From contig JASHNQ010000049.1 of assembly GCA_030041545.1 (NCBI GenBank), positions 32,374 through 96,373 of the forward strand: a stretch of DNA of 64,000 nucleotides. Direction: 5' to 3'. The DNA comes from a candidate division FCPU426 bacterium. Its GTDB lineage: Bacteria; Oederibacteriota; Muellerivitia; Muellerivitales; Muellerivitaceae. The translations under genes and the position numbers were made by a program. Shown here piece after piece: positions 1 to 12,617 of this stretch (positions are counted from its first letter, which is position 1; the number at the start of each line of letters is the position of its first letter). A model generated the notes under the pieces. The model was not told the origin of the DNA. It saw only the letters and a list, made by a program, of their open reading frames with translations, and made no database searches.

Positions 1-340
1 GCTTGTAAACGTCCAGGCCCAAAACGCAGGAATTCTCGCAAGGGGCCGGGCAAAGACGGCCGGTGAATTCGGGGAAATTGTTGGTGGCGTGCAGACGCTC
101 GATAGCCTCGCGCCAGCGGTCGCGGTACACCAAGTCGTTCCAGTCCGGGATGATGTTGCCCAGGGGACAACCCTGGTGGCAGAAAGGCACGCCGCAATCC
201 ATGCAACGGGCCGCCTGGTCCTTCAAATGGGCCGGTTCGAAGGGAAGGACATATTCCTTCCAATCCTTGACGCGCTCCTCAACGGGCCTTTTGTGGAGGT
301 ATTCCCGGCCCTGCTCCATGAATCCTGTAGGCTTACCCAA
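1..340 (-). CDS. gltD: Glutamate synthase small subunit, 5' part (runs off the window)
   Basis: Manual translation from TTG at 340 gives [29 protein letters not shown]...[29 protein letters not shown]...[23 protein letters not shown]; directly downstream of gltB. Not in the ORF track. Confidence 0.93.
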   Translation of the reverse strand, partial: MGKPTGFMEQGREYLHKRPVEERVKDWKEYVLPFEPAHLKDQAARCMDCGVPFCHQGCPLGNIIPDWNDLVYRDRWREAIERLHATNNFPEFTGRLCPAPCENSCVLGLDVYK

Positions 341-360
341 TTTACAACTCCAAATTAAGT

Positions 361-453
361 TGTGAGTTTTGAGTTTTAAGCCCTGAGTTAATGACATTTT
401 TCAATTTTGAACTTAAAAATTGAAAAATCTTCCACAACTCAACACTCAAAACT
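361..453. repeat. Degenerate heptamer tandem repeats arranged as an inverted pair
   Basis: tgagttt-tgagttt-taagccc-tgagtt on the left and aactcaac-actcaaa-act on the right, in the gltB-gltD spacer. Confidence 0.6.
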
Positions 454-457
454 GGTT

Positions 458-3400
458 TTACGCGACAGCTACCGGCTGGGCCGCCGCGTCTTTCTGCGCT
501 TGCAGGGCCTTCTTGTAATCCACCGGCATGACCTTCACGAACTGGCGGGCCGCCTTGTCCCATTCCTTCAGGAGGTTCTCGGCCACGGCGCTACCCGTGA
601 ACTGCTGGTGCTTCCGGAGCATGTTTTCCACGTATTTCAGGTCCTCGGCCTCCATCCCCTCCAGGGCCACCATTTCCTTGTTGCAGCGAATGTCGAAGTC
701 GCCGGACTTGTTCCATACGTAGGCGACGCCACCCGACATGCCGGCCGCGAAATTGCGTCCCGTGTCGCCGATCACCACTACCCGGCCCCCGGTCATGTAC
801 TCGCAACCGTGGTCGCCGACCCCCTCCACCACCGCCTCCACTCCGGAATTGCGCACGCCGAAGCGTTCCCCGGCCTTGCCCCGGATGTAAGCCTCGCCGC
901 TGGTAGCGCCGTAGAAAAGCACGTTGCCGACGATGATGTTTTCTTCGGGCACGAAGGTGGCGTCCTTAGAGGGATAAACGATGATCTTACCGCCGCAAAG
1001 ACCCTTGCCCAGGTAGTCGTTGGCGTCCCCTTCCAGCCTGAGCGTCATGCCGCGCGGCACGAATGCCCCGAAACTCTGTCCCGCCGAGCCCTTGAAGGTG
1101 ATCTGGATAGTGTCGTCCGGAAGTCCCTTGGCCCCGTGTTTGCGGGAAATCCCGGCGCCCAGCAGGGTCCCCACCGTGCGGTTGATGTTGCGGATGGGCA
1201 CCTCGAACTTGACGGGTTTCTTCTCGTTCAAAGCCGGCTGGCACCGTTCGATCAAGACCTCGTTGTCCAAGGCCTTGTCCAGGCCATGGTCCTGTTTTTG
1301 CACGCAATAAACCGGGCCCAGGTTGGATTCTTCGGGCCGGTGGAAAATAGGCGAGAAATCCAGGCCCTTGGATTTCCAGTGGGCGATGGCCCCGTTCATT
1401 TCCAGCATCTCCGAATGGCCCACCATGTCGTTGACGGTTTTGAACCCCAGTTCGGCCATGATCTCGCGCAGTTCTTCGGCGATGAACATCATGAAATTGA
1501 CCACGTGCTCGGGCTTGCCCGTGAATTTCTTCCTTAGTTCCGGGTTTTGCGTGGCGATGCCGACGGGGCAGGTATCCAGGTGGCAGACCCGCATCATGAT
1601 GCAGCCTTCCGAAACCAGGGCGGCGGTGGCGAAGCCGAATTCCTCGGCGCCCAAAAGGCAGGCAATGGCCACGTCGCGGCCGGTCTTGAGCTGGCCGTCG
1701 GTCTGGACCGTGATTCGGTCCCGGAGCCGGTTCTTGACCAGGATCTGGTGGGTCTCCGCCAGGCCCAGTTCCCAGGGGGTCCCGGCGAACTTGATGGAGG
1801 TCAAAGGCGAAGCGCCCGTGCCGCCGTCATGGCCGCTGATCAAAACATGGTCCGCGTGGGCCTTGCACACGCCGGCCGCCACGGTTCCCACGCCGATCTC
1901 CGCCACCAATTTCACCGAGATGCGGGCGTACTGGTTTGCGTTCTTCAGGTCGTGGATTAGTTGAGCCAGGTCTTCAATGGAATAAATGTCGTGATGCGGC
2001 GGGGGTGAGATGAGGCCTACGAAGGGGGTGGCAAATCGGGTTTTGGCGATCCAGGGATAAACCTTCTTGCCGGGCAACTGTCCGCCCTCGCCGGGCTTGG
2101 CTCCTTGCGCCATCTTGATCTGCAGTTCCTTGGCATTGACCATGTAATGGCTGGTCACGCCGAAACGGCCCGAGGCCACCTGCTTGATGGCCGAATTACG
2201 CGAATCTCCATTGGGTTCCGGGATGTAACGGTCGTCGTCCTCGCCGCCCTCGCCCGTGTTGGACTTGCCGCCCAGGCGGTTCATGGCGATGGCCAGGGTT
2301 TGGTGGGCTTCCTTACTGATGGAGCCGTAGGACATGGCGCCGGTGGCGAAGCGCTTGACGATCGCTGAGGCCGGTTCCACCTGGTCGATGGGGATGGGGT
2401 TGCCCTTCTTGAACTTAAAAAGCCCGCGCAGGGTAGCCAGGGCGCGCGACTGTTCGTTGACGTCCGCCGAATAAGCCTTGAAGGATTTGTAGTTGCCCGT
2501 CCTCACCGCGTTTTGAAGCTTGTGGACCGTGTCGGGGTTGAAAAGATGCTTTTCACCGTCCCGGCGCCACTGGTACCGGCCGCCCCAGTCCAGGTCGAGC
2601 TCCCTGGAGGGCCTCTCCGGGAAGGCTCCCCGGTGCCGCTTCTCGGATTCGGCGGCCACTTCGTCGATGCCGATGCCTTGAATGCGGCTGGATGTCCAGG
2701 TGAAATACTTGTCGATGAATTCGGAATTGAGCCCTACCGCCTCGAAAATCTGGGCGCCCCGGTAGCTTTGGATGGTGGAAATGCCCATCTTGGACATCAC
2801 CTTCACGATGCCCTTGTTGGCGGCCTTGATGTACTTCTTGACTGCGGTCTTGTGGTCGACGTCAGATGGGAGGATGCGGCGGCGGATCATGTCGTCCAGG
2901 GTCTCGAAGGCCAGGTAGGGGTTAATGGCGTTGGCGCCGTAGCCCAAAAGCAGGGCGAAATGGTGCACTTCGCGGGGTTCACCCGATTCCAAAATGAGCC
3001 CCACCTTGGTGCGCTCACCCTTCTTGATCAGATGGTGGTGCACGGCGGAGGTGGCCAAAAGGCTAGGGATAGGGGCGTTATCGTGGTCCAAACCCCGGTC
3101 CGTCAGGATGATAATTTGATGGCCTTCCTTGACGGCTTTGCTGGCCTTTTCGCGCACCTCCTCGATGGCCTTGGCCAAACCCGCGCCGCCTTCCGCAACC
3201 TTATAAAGGATAGGCAGGGTGACGGCCTTGTAATCCTTGAACTTCAAATGGGTGAACTTGGCCAATTCGTCGTTGTCCAACACCGGACTCTTGAGCTCGA
3301 TATGGCGGCAGGATTCTGGTGTGGGCTTCAGGAGGTTACCCTCCGGCCCGATGCTGGTGTTGACGGTGGTTACCAGTTCCTCGCGGATGGCGTCCAAGGG

Positions 3401-5005
3401 CGGATTGGTGACCTGGGCGAAGAGCTGGCGGAAATAATTGAAAAGGGGTTGGGCCTGGTTGGAAAGCACCGCCAGGGGCGTATCGTCGCCCATGGAGCCG
3501 ATGGCTTCTTCCCCGCTAGTGGCCATGGGCGCCATCAGGATGCGCACGTCCTCGTGCGTGTAGCCAAAGGCTTTTTGGCGCTTCAAGACCGTCTCGTGGT
3601 CGGGTTCGGGCACGTGGGGCGCATCGGGCAGCTTTTCCAAGCTCGTCAAATTGGCCTTAAGCCATTCCCCATAAGGCTGGGCCTTGGCGATCTTTTCCTT
3701 GAGTTCCACGTCGTCGATAATTCGGCCCTCGCTTAAGTCGATCAGGAACATCTTGCCGGGCTCCAAACGGCCTTTTTTCAAAACACGCTTGGGTTCGATG
3801 TCCAAAACCCCCACTTCGGAAGCCATCACCACCAGGTCGTCCTTGGTCACGTAATAGCGCGAGGGGCGGAGACCATTTCGGTCCAAAACCGCGCCGATCA
3901 CCCGGCCGTCGGTAAAAGCGATGGAGGCGGGGCCGTCCCAGGGTTCCATAAGGCAGGAGTGGTAGTGATAGAAGTCCTTCTTGTACTGGGGCATGGTGGC
4001 ATGTCCGGTCCAAGCCTCGGGGATCATCATCATTACCGCATGGGGCAGGCTACGCCCGCCCATGACCAGGATCTCCAAGGCGTTGTCGAAGGTGGCCGAG
4101 TCGGACTGGCCCTCCCGCACGATGGGAAGAAGGCGTTTCATTTCCTCGGATGTGAAATAATCGCTGTCGAAAAGGGCCTCGCGGGCGTGCATCCAGTTGA
4201 TGTTGCCGCGAAGCGTGTTGATTTCACCATTATGGGCGATGTAGCGGAAAGGATGGGCCAAGTCCCAAGAAGGAAAGGTGTTGGTGGAAAAGCGGGAGTG
4301 CACGAGGGCCAAGGCCGATTCCATGGACGGGTCGCGCAAGTCGCGGAAATAAGGGGCCACCTGCCCAGGGGTCAGCATACCCTTATAAACGATGGTGCGG
4401 CAGGAAAGGCTGGCCACGTAAAAGAGGTTTTTTTCAGTGAGAGTGGAACCCGCCACCAGGTTTTCCACCCGTTTGCGGATGAGGAACAGCTTGCGCTCAA
4501 AGGCGTCCTGGTCCTTGATCTCTTTGGATCTGCCGATGAAGATCTGCTTCATCACGGGCTCGGAGGCCCGGGCCGTGGGCCCCACCTCGGTGTTGTCCGT
4601 GGGCACCAGACGCCAGCCCAGGAGGGTTTGCCCTTCCTCGCGTACGATCTTCTCGAAAACGTCCTCGCAAAACTTGATGTGGTCGGGCAGTTTGGGGAGG
4701 AACACCACCCCCACCCCGTATTCCCCCTCCGGTGGCAGGGTCATGTTGAAGGCCGCCGCGTTCTTGCGGAAAAACTTGTCGGGGATTTGGAGCAGCACGC
4801 CCGCGCCGTCGCCCGTGTTGGTCTCGCAGCCGCAGGCACCCCGGTGGGAGAGGTTCAGGAGGATTTCCACGCCCTGCTGGACAATCTCATGGGATTTTTT
4901 GTTCTTCATGTTGGCCACGAAGGCCACGCCGCAGGAATCCTTGCCCGCGTCAAAGGGCGCGAGGAGGTTTTCCCGGGGGTTCGCTTGGAGCGGTTTTTCG
5001 GGCAT
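458..5005 (-). CDS. gltB: Glutamate synthase large subunit
   Basis: DSCGVAF amidotransferase N-terminus, [54 protein letters not shown] and a GXGXG C-terminal domain. Start moved to ATG 5005 (AGGAG RBS). Confidence 0.97.
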   Translation of the reverse strand: MPEKPLQANPRENLLAPFDAGKDSCGVAFVANMKNKKSHEIVQQGVEILLNLSHRGACGCETNTGDGAGVLLQIPDKFFRKNAAAFNMTLPPEGEYGVGVVFLPKLPDHIKFCEDVFEKIVREEGQTLLGWRLVPTDNTEVGPTARASEPVMKQIFIGRSKEIKDQDAFERKLFLIRKRVENLVAGSTLTEKNLFYVASLSCRTIVYKGMLTPGQVAPYFRDLRDPSMESALALVHSRFSTNTFPSWDLAHPFRYIAHNGEINTLRGNINWMHAREALFDSDYFTSEEMKRLLPIVREGQSDSATFDNALEILVMGGRSLPHAVMMMIPEAWTGHATMPQYKKDFYHYHSCLMEPWDGPASIAFTDGRVIGAVLDRNGLRPSRYYVTKDDLVVMASEVGVLDIEPKRVLKKGRLEPGKMFLIDLSEGRIIDDVELKEKIAKAQPYGEWLKANLTSLEKLPDAPHVPEPDHETVLKRQKAFGYTHEDVRILMAPMATSGEEAIGSMGDDTPLAVLSNQAQPLFNYFRQLFAQVTNPPLDAIREELVTTVNTSIGPEGNLLKPTPESCRHIELKSPVLDNDELAKFTHLKFKDYKAVTLPILYKVAEGGAGLAKAIEEVREKASKAVKEGHQIIILTDRGLDHDNAPIPSLLATSAVHHHLIKKGERTKVGLILESGEPREVHHFALLLGYGANAINPYLAFETLDDMIRRRILPSDVDHKTAVKKYIKAANKGIVKVMSKMGISTIQSYRGAQIFEAVGLNSEFIDKYFTWTSSRIQGIGIDEVAAESEKRHRGAFPERPSRELDLDWGGRYQWRRDGEKHLFNPDTVHKLQNAVRTGNYKSFKAYSADVNEQSRALATLRGLFKFKKGNPIPIDQVEPASAIVKRFATGAMSYGSISKEAHQTLAIAMNRLGGKSNTGEGGEDDDRYIPEPNGDSRNSAIKQVASGRFGVTSHYMVNAKELQIKMAQGAKPGEGGQLPGKKVYPWIAKTRFATPFVGLISPPPHHDIYSIEDLAQLIHDLKNANQYARISVKLVAEIGVGTVAAGVCKAHADHVLISGHDGGTGASPLTSIKFAGTPWELGLAETHQILVKNRLRDRITVQTDGQLKTGRDVAIACLLGAEEFGFATAALVSEGCIMMRVCHLDTCPVGIATQNPELRKKFTGKPEHVVNFMMFIAEELREIMAELGFKTVNDMVGHSEMLEMNGAIAHWKSKGLDFSPIFHRPEESNLGPVYCVQKQDHGLDKALDNEVLIERCQPALNEKKPVKFEVPIRNINRTVGTLLGAGISRKHGAKGLPDDTIQITFKGSAGQSFGAFVPRGMTLRLEGDANDYLGKGLCGGKIIVYPSKDATFVPEENIIVGNVLFYGATSGEAYIRGKAGERFGVRNSGVEAVVEGVGDHGCEYMTGGRVVVIGDTGRNFAAGMSGGVAYVWNKSGDFDIRCNKEMVALEGMEAEDLKYVENMLRKHQQFTGSAVAENLLKEWDKAARQFVKVMPVDYKKALQAQKDAAAQPVAVA

Positions 5006-5082
5006 CGACTCTTCTCCTAAACAAAAAACAAAAACTATAAAAATTGGTCCGTGGGGGCCCACCCAGAGCTTGTCGAAGGGTT

Positions 5083-5112
5083 AAAAAAGGCGGCCTCATT
5101 TAAGGGGCCGCC
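5083..5112 (-). terminator. Intrinsic terminator-like hairpin upstream of gltB
   Basis: Minus strand GGCGGCCCC-TTAAAT-GAGGCCGCC followed by TTTTTT. Confidence 0.6.
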
Positions 5113-5340
5113 GGCTGCCTCCTGCATGGATTGGGGCTGTTAAATTACATTATACAGTAAGGTTTTTCAAGCAAACTTCATACCACCCCTGGGGGTCGCC
5201 CAGGACTTGGAAACGCAAGGCAGATGCAGGGATAAAGAGAGTCGTACCGCCAGCTTTGTCGGTTAAGAAGGGTTAGCAAGAACGAAAATGTTGTAAGCAC
5301 CGAGCGTGTTTCCCGAACAATGGGCTCAACCGGATATTAA

Positions 5341-5550
5341 GAGACTCTAACAAAACCTCCCAAGACCCTCGCCCCTTGCGGGAGCCCTTCGAGAGTCTCA
5401 GGGCAGGAGGGTAGGCTTGCGGTGAGCGACCGAAGGGAGTCGAACCCGGTGAGGGGTGTGGGAAATCCTGCAGTTGTCACCCTCACCCCGTCCCTCTCCC
5501 CTCAAGGGAGAGGTGGATATTTCTTAAAAACAGGGTTTTGTTAGAGTCTC
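5341..5550. mobile_element. MITE-like element, 210 bp, with perfect 17-bp terminal inverted repeats
   Basis: GAGACTCTAACAAAACC (5341-5357) and its exact reverse complement GGTTTTGTTAGAGTCTC (5534-5550). The interior has REP-like palindromic pieces and no ORF; no clear target-site duplication. Confidence 0.6.
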
Positions 5551-5566
5551 AAAACTTCGAACCTCT

Positions 5567-7681
5567 TTATTTTCCAGCCGCATTTAACGCTTGCAGATTC
5601 TCTTGGGCCGGGGTTAATTTCAACACATCCATTTTTAAAGCCTTTTCAAAGGCCCTTCGCGCCTCCCGGTAACGGCCCATTTGGGTCAGTATCACCCCCT
5701 GTTCGTTGTACATATGCGGCAACGGATAACCCTCCAGGACACAATGACGGGCCGCCTCCAGGCATCCCAACGCATCCCGCTCCACGGAGCGGTTGTCGAA
5801 TATTTTTTCCCAATAAACGGATTCCAAGAAAGGATCTCCTTCAAGCTTATTTCCCAGTGGATAAATTCGGTCAAGGATATTTTCCCGTGAATTTCCGGGA
5901 AGTGTGTCGATCATTTCATAGGTTACCCCCTGCATCTCCTGGTTAAGGCAGAACCATTTCCCGAGGACCTCCCGGGTTTGTGGCAGCATAGGGATAACCC
6001 CCAAAGCCCACCAGCCGTAAGGGTCTTTCGGGCACAACCAGTAAAACCGGCCTTCCGGAAACCGTTTGGACAAAAACGGCAGGTAATCGGCATCCATCAA
6101 AACCGAAACCCATTTGGCGTCCGCGAACGAAAGGGCCGGATTCATGGCTGCGTTAAAGGAATAAGCGGCCACTTCGGGGGTCACATCGTCCACATGGGCC
6201 CGGAGGTCGAATAAGAGGGCGCCCGGTCCCGTTTCCAAATCAGTCTCCCGCAGGATCTCGTAGGATTTCCAAAGTTCGTATTCCTTCCCGAAATTCCAGG
6301 CGTTGCCTGGTATACCCCAGGCTTGGTGGAATTTCACGAACAAGTGGAAGGAATCCAACCCCATGGAAAGTCCCAAACCTACCGTTAATACCAAAATCTT
6401 TTTCCATCCCCCCAGAAACCCCATTAGGGATTGAAAACCCGCTACCCCCACCCACAAGACTAGGGGAAGCAACAGTAAAATCCGGGTCGTGTCGTAGCCC
6501 CGGGCCACGGCGGCTGGCAAAAGAAACAATCCCAAGGCACAAAGGACCCATCGGGCCAAGGGTAAAGACCGCGCCCTTATGAGTTCGAAGATTCCCAAGA
6601 AAAACAGGGCCCCTAAAACCGGGTTTAAAAGCCCCCCCCATATCGGGCCATATAAACGCCGCCCGTTGAAACCCCAAAACAATGCCCGGACATGGGAAAG
6701 GAAATCCACGGCCTGTTGTTTCAAATCCGTTCCGGGGTAAAAAGCCCACACGGCACGGATATACTGGCCATTTCGCTCGAACACCGAAATCAAGGCAAAA
6801 GGCAAGGCCATCGCCAACAAGCCGAGCCAAAACCCGCCGGCCACCTTCCAGTTATTTTTAGTAATCCCAAATCGGGGGATAAAAAAAAGGCAAAGGGAAA
6901 GGGCCATAACAGGCCACGCGACTGCGACAAAAAAGCCAAATCCTACGGCCAACCCCACCATCAGGGCCCAAATCCAGTTGTTGGATTCATCCTGTCGCCT
7001 CCAAAACAAGGCGAGGAGAAGGAAGGAAACAACCTGCCAAAAGACAACTATGTTTTCGGGAAGACATATCCTTCCCACATAAAGCGGCCAAAAACTGAAC
7101 CCAGTTAGGATCGCAAAAAACCAGGACTGGGATTTTGAAAATCGGAGGCGCGCCGCCCACCCCACGATCCATACGGTGAAAAGCGAAAGAAAAGCCTCAA
7201 ACAGCCAAAGGGACCGAAGGGAGGGGCCGATCCATTTGAAGTAAATTCCCAGCAACCAGTTAAAAAAAAACGGCACCTGGGTGAAATTAAAAAAAAATTT
7301 CCAGGCCCACTTTTGGGAAAGCTGGATGGAAAAAAACGCGGCATAGCCCTCATCCGTGAAGGGCCAAACCGATAAACCCGTCAGTTGGAACAGTCGGGGA
7401 ATGATGACCAAAAAGCCCCATAGAGCCCACCACCCAAAGGACAGGTTTGGAAAAAGCTCCCTTTCCCAAGGGGGTAGTTCGCCGGGGCCTTTCCATGCGG
7501 GCCGACAGAGGACCAGGGCCAAAGGCAGTCCAAAGCCCAAAAACGCTATCCAAAGCTCGGTTTGGAAGGAAAAATCAAAATAAGAAAGGAGCGAATTGGC
7601 CGTGGCGATGGAAAAAAAGGAAAAAAGAGGGTTATAGGAAAACCGAATTTCCTTTGCAAACCAGGAGGTTGAAGACCTCAT
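5567..7681 (-). CDS. GT-C (ArnT/PMT-like) polytopic membrane glycosyltransferase with C-terminal TPR
   Basis: Many TM segments, 'PRLFQL...WPFTDEG' first-loop DE motif and a C-terminal TPR ([25 protein letters not shown]). ATGA overlap with the glgB stop. Confidence 0.65.
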   Translation of the reverse strand: MRSSTSWFAKEIRFSYNPLFSFFSIATANSLLSYFDFSFQTELWIAFLGFGLPLALVLCRPAWKGPGELPPWERELFPNLSFGWWALWGFLVIIPRLFQLTGLSVWPFTDEGYAAFFSIQLSQKWAWKFFFNFTQVPFFFNWLLGIYFKWIGPSLRSLWLFEAFLSLFTVWIVGWAARLRFSKSQSWFFAILTGFSFWPLYVGRICLPENIVVFWQVVSFLLLALFWRRQDESNNWIWALMVGLAVGFGFFVAVAWPVMALSLCLFFIPRFGITKNNWKVAGGFWLGLLAMALPFALISVFERNGQYIRAVWAFYPGTDLKQQAVDFLSHVRALFWGFNGRRLYGPIWGGLLNPVLGALFFLGIFELIRARSLPLARWVLCALGLFLLPAAVARGYDTTRILLLLPLVLWVGVAGFQSLMGFLGGWKKILVLTVGLGLSMGLDSFHLFVKFHQAWGIPGNAWNFGKEYELWKSYEILRETDLETGPGALLFDLRAHVDDVTPEVAAYSFNAAMNPALSFADAKWVSVLMDADYLPFLSKRFPEGRFYWLCPKDPYGWWALGVIPMLPQTREVLGKWFCLNQEMQGVTYEMIDTLPGNSRENILDRIYPLGNKLEGDPFLESVYWEKIFDNRSVERDALGCLEAARHCVLEGYPLPHMYNEQGVILTQMGRYREARRAFEKALKMDVLKLTPAQENLQALNAAGK

Positions 7682-9906
7682 CCAGGAACTTCAAACCACA
7701 AAGTGGCCAGGGGCGGCAGGGCCACGACGACCGAACAAGGCTGGCCGTGGCACGGTACGGCTTCGGCATGGACCCCGCCGTTGTTGCCGAAATTGGAACC
7801 GCCGTAAAGGTGGGAGTCGGTATTGAGGATTTCTCGGTAAAAACCAGGCTTGGGCACGCCCACCCGGTAGCCGTTACGGATGACCGGGGAAAAATTGCCC
7901 GCCACCAGGATTTGCCGGCCCGTGGAAGGCGACTTCCGGAGGAAAGCCACCGCATTGTCGTCCGCGTTGTTGGCGTCGATCCATTGGAACCCCCCCGGCT
8001 CCACGTCCGCTTCCCATAAGGCGGGATGGCTCTTGTAAATCCGGTTCAGGTCCGAAACGAGGTTTTGCATGCGCCAATGGTCCGCCCATTGGGTCAGGTG
8101 CCAGTCCAGGCTCTGCTCATGGTTCCACTCGTAGAACTGGGCGAATTCCCCGCCCATGAAAAGCAGTTTCTTTCCCGGGTGGGCCCACATGTAGCCGTAG
8201 AGGGATCTCAATCCCGCGAATTTCTGCCAGCGGTCCCCCGGCATCTTGTCGATCATGGAGCACTTGCCGTGCACCACCTCGTCGTGGGACAGGGGCAGGA
8301 TGAAGTTCTCGCTCCAGGCGTAAAGGAAGCCGAAGGTCAGGTTGTTGTGGTCGTAGCGGCGGTAGATGGGGTCGCGGCTGAAGTAGAAAAGTGTGTCATG
8401 CATCCAGCCCATGTTCCACTTGAACCCGAAGCCCAGGCCGCCCGTGTAGGTGGGCCGGCTCACGCCCGGCCAGGCCGTGGATTCCTCCGCGGCCATGATG
8501 ACGCCGGGGAATTGGGCGTGAACTAGTTCGTTGAGGTTCTTTAAAAAGCTGATGGCTTCCAGGTTTTCATTGCCGCCGAACTGGTTGGGCACCCACTCTC
8601 CTTCCTTTCGGCTGTAGTCCAGGTACAGCATGGAGGCCACGGCGTCCAGCCGCAGGCCGTCCACGTGGTATTCGGACAGCCAATAAAGGGCGCTGGACAA
8701 AAGGAAGTTCCGAACCTCATTTCGGCCGAAGTTGAAGACGTAGGTGCCCCAATCCGGGTGTTCCCCTTGGCGGGGGTCCAGGTGCTCGTAAAGGGCGGTG
8801 CCGTCGAAGCGGCCCAGGGCAAACTCGTCCTTGGGAAAATGGGCCGGCACCCAGTCCAGGATGACGCCGATGCCCTTTTGGTGCAGGTGATCCACTAGGT
8901 ACTTGAAGTCGTCCGGCGGACCAAACCGGGCCGTGGGGGAGAAATAAGACGAAACTTGGTAACCCCAGGATCCCCCGAAAGGATGTTCCATGACGGGCAT
9001 GAATTCCACGTGGGTGAAACCCATTTCCTGCACGTAATCCGCTAACTGGGCCGCCATCTCGCGGTAGGTCAGGGGGCGGTTGCCTTCCTCCGGCATCTTG
9101 CGCCAGGACTCCAGGTGGACTTCGTAAATGGAAAGGGGCTTCCGAAGGAAATCTCCCATGGCCCGGTTGGCCATCCATTCTTGGTCCTTAAATTTAAAAC
9201 GGGACTTGTAAACCACCGAAGCGGTCTTGGGCGGTTTTTCCGTGGCAAAGGCATAAGGGTCGGCCTTGAGAAGTCGGTGGCCTCCGTGGGTGCGGATTTC
9301 AAACTTGTAATTCATGCCTTCGGCGATTTCCGGGATGAAGAGCTCCCAAATGCCCGAACTCCCCATGCTGCGCATGGGGTGAAGGCGTCCGTCCCACCCG
9401 TTGAAATCCCCAACCACCGAAACCGCCTTGGCTCCCGGCGCCCAAACCGCGAAGGAGACGCCCTCCACGCCCTGGTGGGTCATGAAATGGGCCCCCATTT
9501 TCTCGTGGAGCTTCTGGTGGCTTCCCTCGCCCAAAAGATGGAGGTCCACGTCTCCCAAAGTGGGCCAGAATGAATAGGGATCCCAGTAGGTGAAAACCCT
9601 GTCGCCGGGGTATTCGACCCTCACCCGGTAAGGCCCGGGATCCAACTTTGGAACGTGGGCCTCAAACAATCCGGAAGGATGGACCTGCTCGGCGGCGATG
9701 GAATTTTGGGCGGATAGGATGGTGACGGTCCGGGCATCCGGCCTGAAAACCCGGACAACGGTTCCCGTTTTTTGGGGATGGATGCCGAGAAGGGAATGGG
9801 GATCGCCGTGGGAAAACGACAGGAAGCTCTCTAAGGCGCCTTTCGGGATCGAAAGGGGCGATGCGGCATGGGATTTTGCTGAAGTTTTTTTGGTACGTGA
9901 AGCCAT
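7678..9906 (-). CDS. glgB: 1,4-alpha-glucan branching enzyme (GH13)
   Basis: [55 protein letters not shown]. Start taken at ATG 9906. Confidence 0.96.
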   Translation of the reverse strand: MASRTKKTSAKSHAASPLSIPKGALESFLSFSHGDPHSLLGIHPQKTGTVVRVFRPDARTVTILSAQNSIAAEQVHPSGLFEAHVPKLDPGPYRVRVEYPGDRVFTYWDPYSFWPTLGDVDLHLLGEGSHQKLHEKMGAHFMTHQGVEGVSFAVWAPGAKAVSVVGDFNGWDGRLHPMRSMGSSGIWELFIPEIAEGMNYKFEIRTHGGHRLLKADPYAFATEKPPKTASVVYKSRFKFKDQEWMANRAMGDFLRKPLSIYEVHLESWRKMPEEGNRPLTYREMAAQLADYVQEMGFTHVEFMPVMEHPFGGSWGYQVSSYFSPTARFGPPDDFKYLVDHLHQKGIGVILDWVPAHFPKDEFALGRFDGTALYEHLDPRQGEHPDWGTYVFNFGRNEVRNFLLSSALYWLSEYHVDGLRLDAVASMLYLDYSRKEGEWVPNQFGGNENLEAISFLKNLNELVHAQFPGVIMAAEESTAWPGVSRPTYTGGLGFGFKWNMGWMHDTLFYFSRDPIYRRYDHNNLTFGFLYAWSENFILPLSHDEVVHGKCSMIDKMPGDRWQKFAGLRSLYGYMWAHPGKKLLFMGGEFAQFYEWNHEQSLDWHLTQWADHWRMQNLVSDLNRIYKSHPALWEADVEPGGFQWIDANNADDNAVAFLRKSPSTGRQILVAGNFSPVIRNGYRVGVPKPGFYREILNTDSHLYGGSNFGNNGGVHAEAVPCHGQPCSVVVALPPLATLWFEVPG

Positions 9907-9959
9907 TGAACCATCTCGATTTTTTTGATTTGCTAACACCTTATAACTGGCGACTGCCG

Positions 9960-12425
9960 TTAAGCCACTTCGATCTCGTCCGCATGCACCGTTTTTTTCA
10001 ACTTTTCGTTCTCCGAGAGAAGGAGGTCCGTCTTCAAGTCCAGCAAATCGGAAAGTTCCGCCAGCTTGTCGTACTGGAGGGATTTAAAGGCCGCCTCGAA
10101 AACCGCCTCCTGGGCCAGGTAAAGGTTGTATTCAAGCCCCAGTTTCTGGGTCAGCTGCACCACCGCGATGGCGGCCCTCACATTTTCTTCGTTGGGTTTT
10201 CCAACGGCCATTTCCACGATTTCGGTGATGAGATTGCGGAAGGTGTGCTCGGCCACAAAGCGGTCGATGTGGTAGCCGTGGCGGGTCACTTCGTCGGCCA
10301 GGGCGATGAGGTTCCGGTAAGCGTCAGGGTCCTTGAACCATTCCCTTTTCTGGATTTCCTCCTCAAAAAGCTTCCCGAAGGTGAACTCGGCCGCGGCGCG
10401 AATTTCCCGCGGCAGTTCGAAACCCACGGACTGAAGCATTTCCAGGTTGCGGCGGTTGTCCTCGTAAAGGCGCACGTATTGCTCGGAAAACCCCTCCACC
10501 AGGCTGCCGAACACTTCCTTGAATATTTTCTGCCGGCTTTCGGGCAGCAGCTGTTCCACCCCGAACTCCTCGGGCCCGAATTCTTCCTGCATGAGCCTTA
10601 AAAGCTTGGGCAGGGAGACCAGGTAAAACTGGTCCCAAAGGTGCCGGGCGGACTTTTCGAAGTTTTCCTGCCGCAAGTAGGGCCGGATGGCGCCGTAAAA
10701 GTCGATGCCGCCCAGGTGGAGCCCGGCGAAGGCGTAGCGGAAATGCTGGCGGGTCATGGCTTCCTGAAGCAAAACGTGGCCGGTCATCAGGGTGAAGCGG
10801 CCGTGTTCCTCCTTGCGGGCGTCCAGCATCTCGAACAGATAGCCCCCGGCCTCTCCCTTCTCCGCCACGTGGTTGACCAGGGAGGAAATGCCGAGATGGG
10901 CCACCACATCCTGGGGCGTGACGCGGGTCGGTTCGGCGAAGCGGCGGTACACGTCCGCGCCCGTGCCGAATTCGGGGATGTTGCTTTGGGCCTCCGAAAG
11001 AATGTCCAGGAAGGATTTTTCCGGGGACTCGAATCCCAGGGTTTCCAGCAGGTCGAAGATACGGGTCGCGTATTTCATGACCTGGACCGTCTCAATACCC
11101 GATATTTCGGTGAAGAACCAGCCGCAGCTGGTGTACATCAGCATGGCGTTACGCTGGATTTCCAGGTGGCTCAAGGCCTTCACCTGCTCGAGTTCGGAGA
11201 GTTCTCGGCCCGCTTGTTTCTTGAGGAACTCTTTGCGGGACGCCTGGGGATCCAGCACCAGGTGGATGTAGTCGTTGCGGGCGGCCCAGGGGTCGGTAAA
11301 GAGCCTGCCCCGCTCTTGTTCGAAATAACCGTGCACCTTGTCCCTCAAAAAGTCGAAGGCCTTGCGCAAGGGGCCCCGCCACTTCTGGTTCCAGCCTTCC
11401 CGGCCGCCGGTCTGGCAGCCGCAGTCTCGGTACCAGCGGCCCACGCCATGGGCGCAACTCCAGGAGGTGCCGGTGCCGTCAGGCCCCTTCTTGACCTCCA
11501 CCTCCCATGTCGGAAGGTGTTTTTCGAGGAAAGCCCCGTAATTGGTGATCCAGTAGCCGCCCTGGGTCGCCTCCACCTTCAAGGCGTAGGCCAGGCTGCG
11601 GTCGCCGAACTTGGTGTGGTGGCCGTAGGATTCGCCGTCGGTGGCCGTCTGCACGACGCGGCCGTCCCCCCTGCCCACCCGGCCGATTCGGTCGATCAGG
11701 GCCTGGCTGGAAATGAGCGACCCCTCAAAGGCGATGCCCCGGGCAATGCCCATGTCGTAGAAGAAGATGTCGATGAACCGCTTGGAACCGTCCCGGTGGA
11801 AATAGCGGTAAGCCATGCCAGTGTCGATCCGGCCGTTGGAAACGTCGGTCCAGCCTTCCGATCCCAAGGGCCGTACCCTTTCGGCTTGTTCGGGGGACAA
11901 GATCACGTACTTGAGGCCGTGGTCGATCAGGACCGACAGGGTGGCGTCGTTGCAGGCGGTCTCCGGAAGCCAAAGGGCCTCCGGTTCACGCTGGAAGCGG
12001 TGCTTAAAGTCCTCGATGCCCCATTTCACCTGGGTAATGCGGTCCGCCTCGTTGCAAAGGGGAAGGATGGTATGGTTATAGCCCTGCGCGATGGCGTTGC
12101 CGTGGCCGCCGTTCCTTTTGGCGCTCTTTTTGTCCGCCTCCAGGATTTTCTCATAGGTCGCGGGATGATACTTCTCCATCCAGGAAAGGAGAGTGGGTCC
12201 GAAATTGAAGTTGATGGACTCGTAGTTGTTGACGATGCTTTCGATGCGGCCGCTCTTCAGGTCGAAAATACGGGCGAAAGCGTTGGGCCGGTAGCACTCA
12301 TAATAGACCCGGTCATTCCAGTTGGGAAAAGGCTGGGCGCTGGGCTGGTCGTCGATGATCCCCGTCCAAGGGTTTTCCCGGGGAGGCTGGTAGAAATGGC
12401 CGTGAATGACAAGGGCGGTGGACAT
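9960..12425 (-). CDS. Glycoside hydrolase family 57 / DUF3536 protein
   Basis: [50 protein letters not shown]. Confidence 0.9.
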   Translation of the reverse strand: MSTALVIHGHFYQPPRENPWTGIIDDQPSAQPFPNWNDRVYYECYRPNAFARIFDLKSGRIESIVNNYESINFNFGPTLLSWMEKYHPATYEKILEADKKSAKRNGGHGNAIAQGYNHTILPLCNEADRITQVKWGIEDFKHRFQREPEALWLPETACNDATLSVLIDHGLKYVILSPEQAERVRPLGSEGWTDVSNGRIDTGMAYRYFHRDGSKRFIDIFFYDMGIARGIAFEGSLISSQALIDRIGRVGRGDGRVVQTATDGESYGHHTKFGDRSLAYALKVEATQGGYWITNYGAFLEKHLPTWEVEVKKGPDGTGTSWSCAHGVGRWYRDCGCQTGGREGWNQKWRGPLRKAFDFLRDKVHGYFEQERGRLFTDPWAARNDYIHLVLDPQASRKEFLKKQAGRELSELEQVKALSHLEIQRNAMLMYTSCGWFFTEISGIETVQVMKYATRIFDLLETLGFESPEKSFLDILSEAQSNIPEFGTGADVYRRFAEPTRVTPQDVVAHLGISSLVNHVAEKGEAGGYLFEMLDARKEEHGRFTLMTGHVLLQEAMTRQHFRYAFAGLHLGGIDFYGAIRPYLRQENFEKSARHLWDQFYLVSLPKLLRLMQEEFGPEEFGVEQLLPESRQKIFKEVFGSLVEGFSEQYVRLYEDNRRNLEMLQSVGFELPREIRAAAEFTFGKLFEEEIQKREWFKDPDAYRNLIALADEVTRHGYHIDRFVAEHTFRNLITEIVEMAVGKPNEENVRAAIAVVQLTQKLGLEYNLYLAQEAVFEAAFKSLQYDKLAELSDLLDLKTDLLLSENEKLKKTVHADEIEVA

Positions 12426-12617
12426 TCAATCCTCAGCTCTCAGAGTTCAGCCATTCGACATGCCCATGGCCTGGTGATAATGCCCTGAGGCACTCGAAGG
12501 GTGTCAGGCGCCAGCGAAAACTTAAAATCCTCCGGCGTTCCGGTTTTGATGAAACCGGATACCTGGCACCCAACAATGAGGGGTAGATTTTACCGGTAAA
12601 AGCGCCCATTGGGTCAA

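Noticed and set aside
5415-5450. tRNA-like GGGAGTCGAACCC motif
   Set aside because: No cloverleaf can be formed; it is part of the REP-like interior of the MITE-like element.
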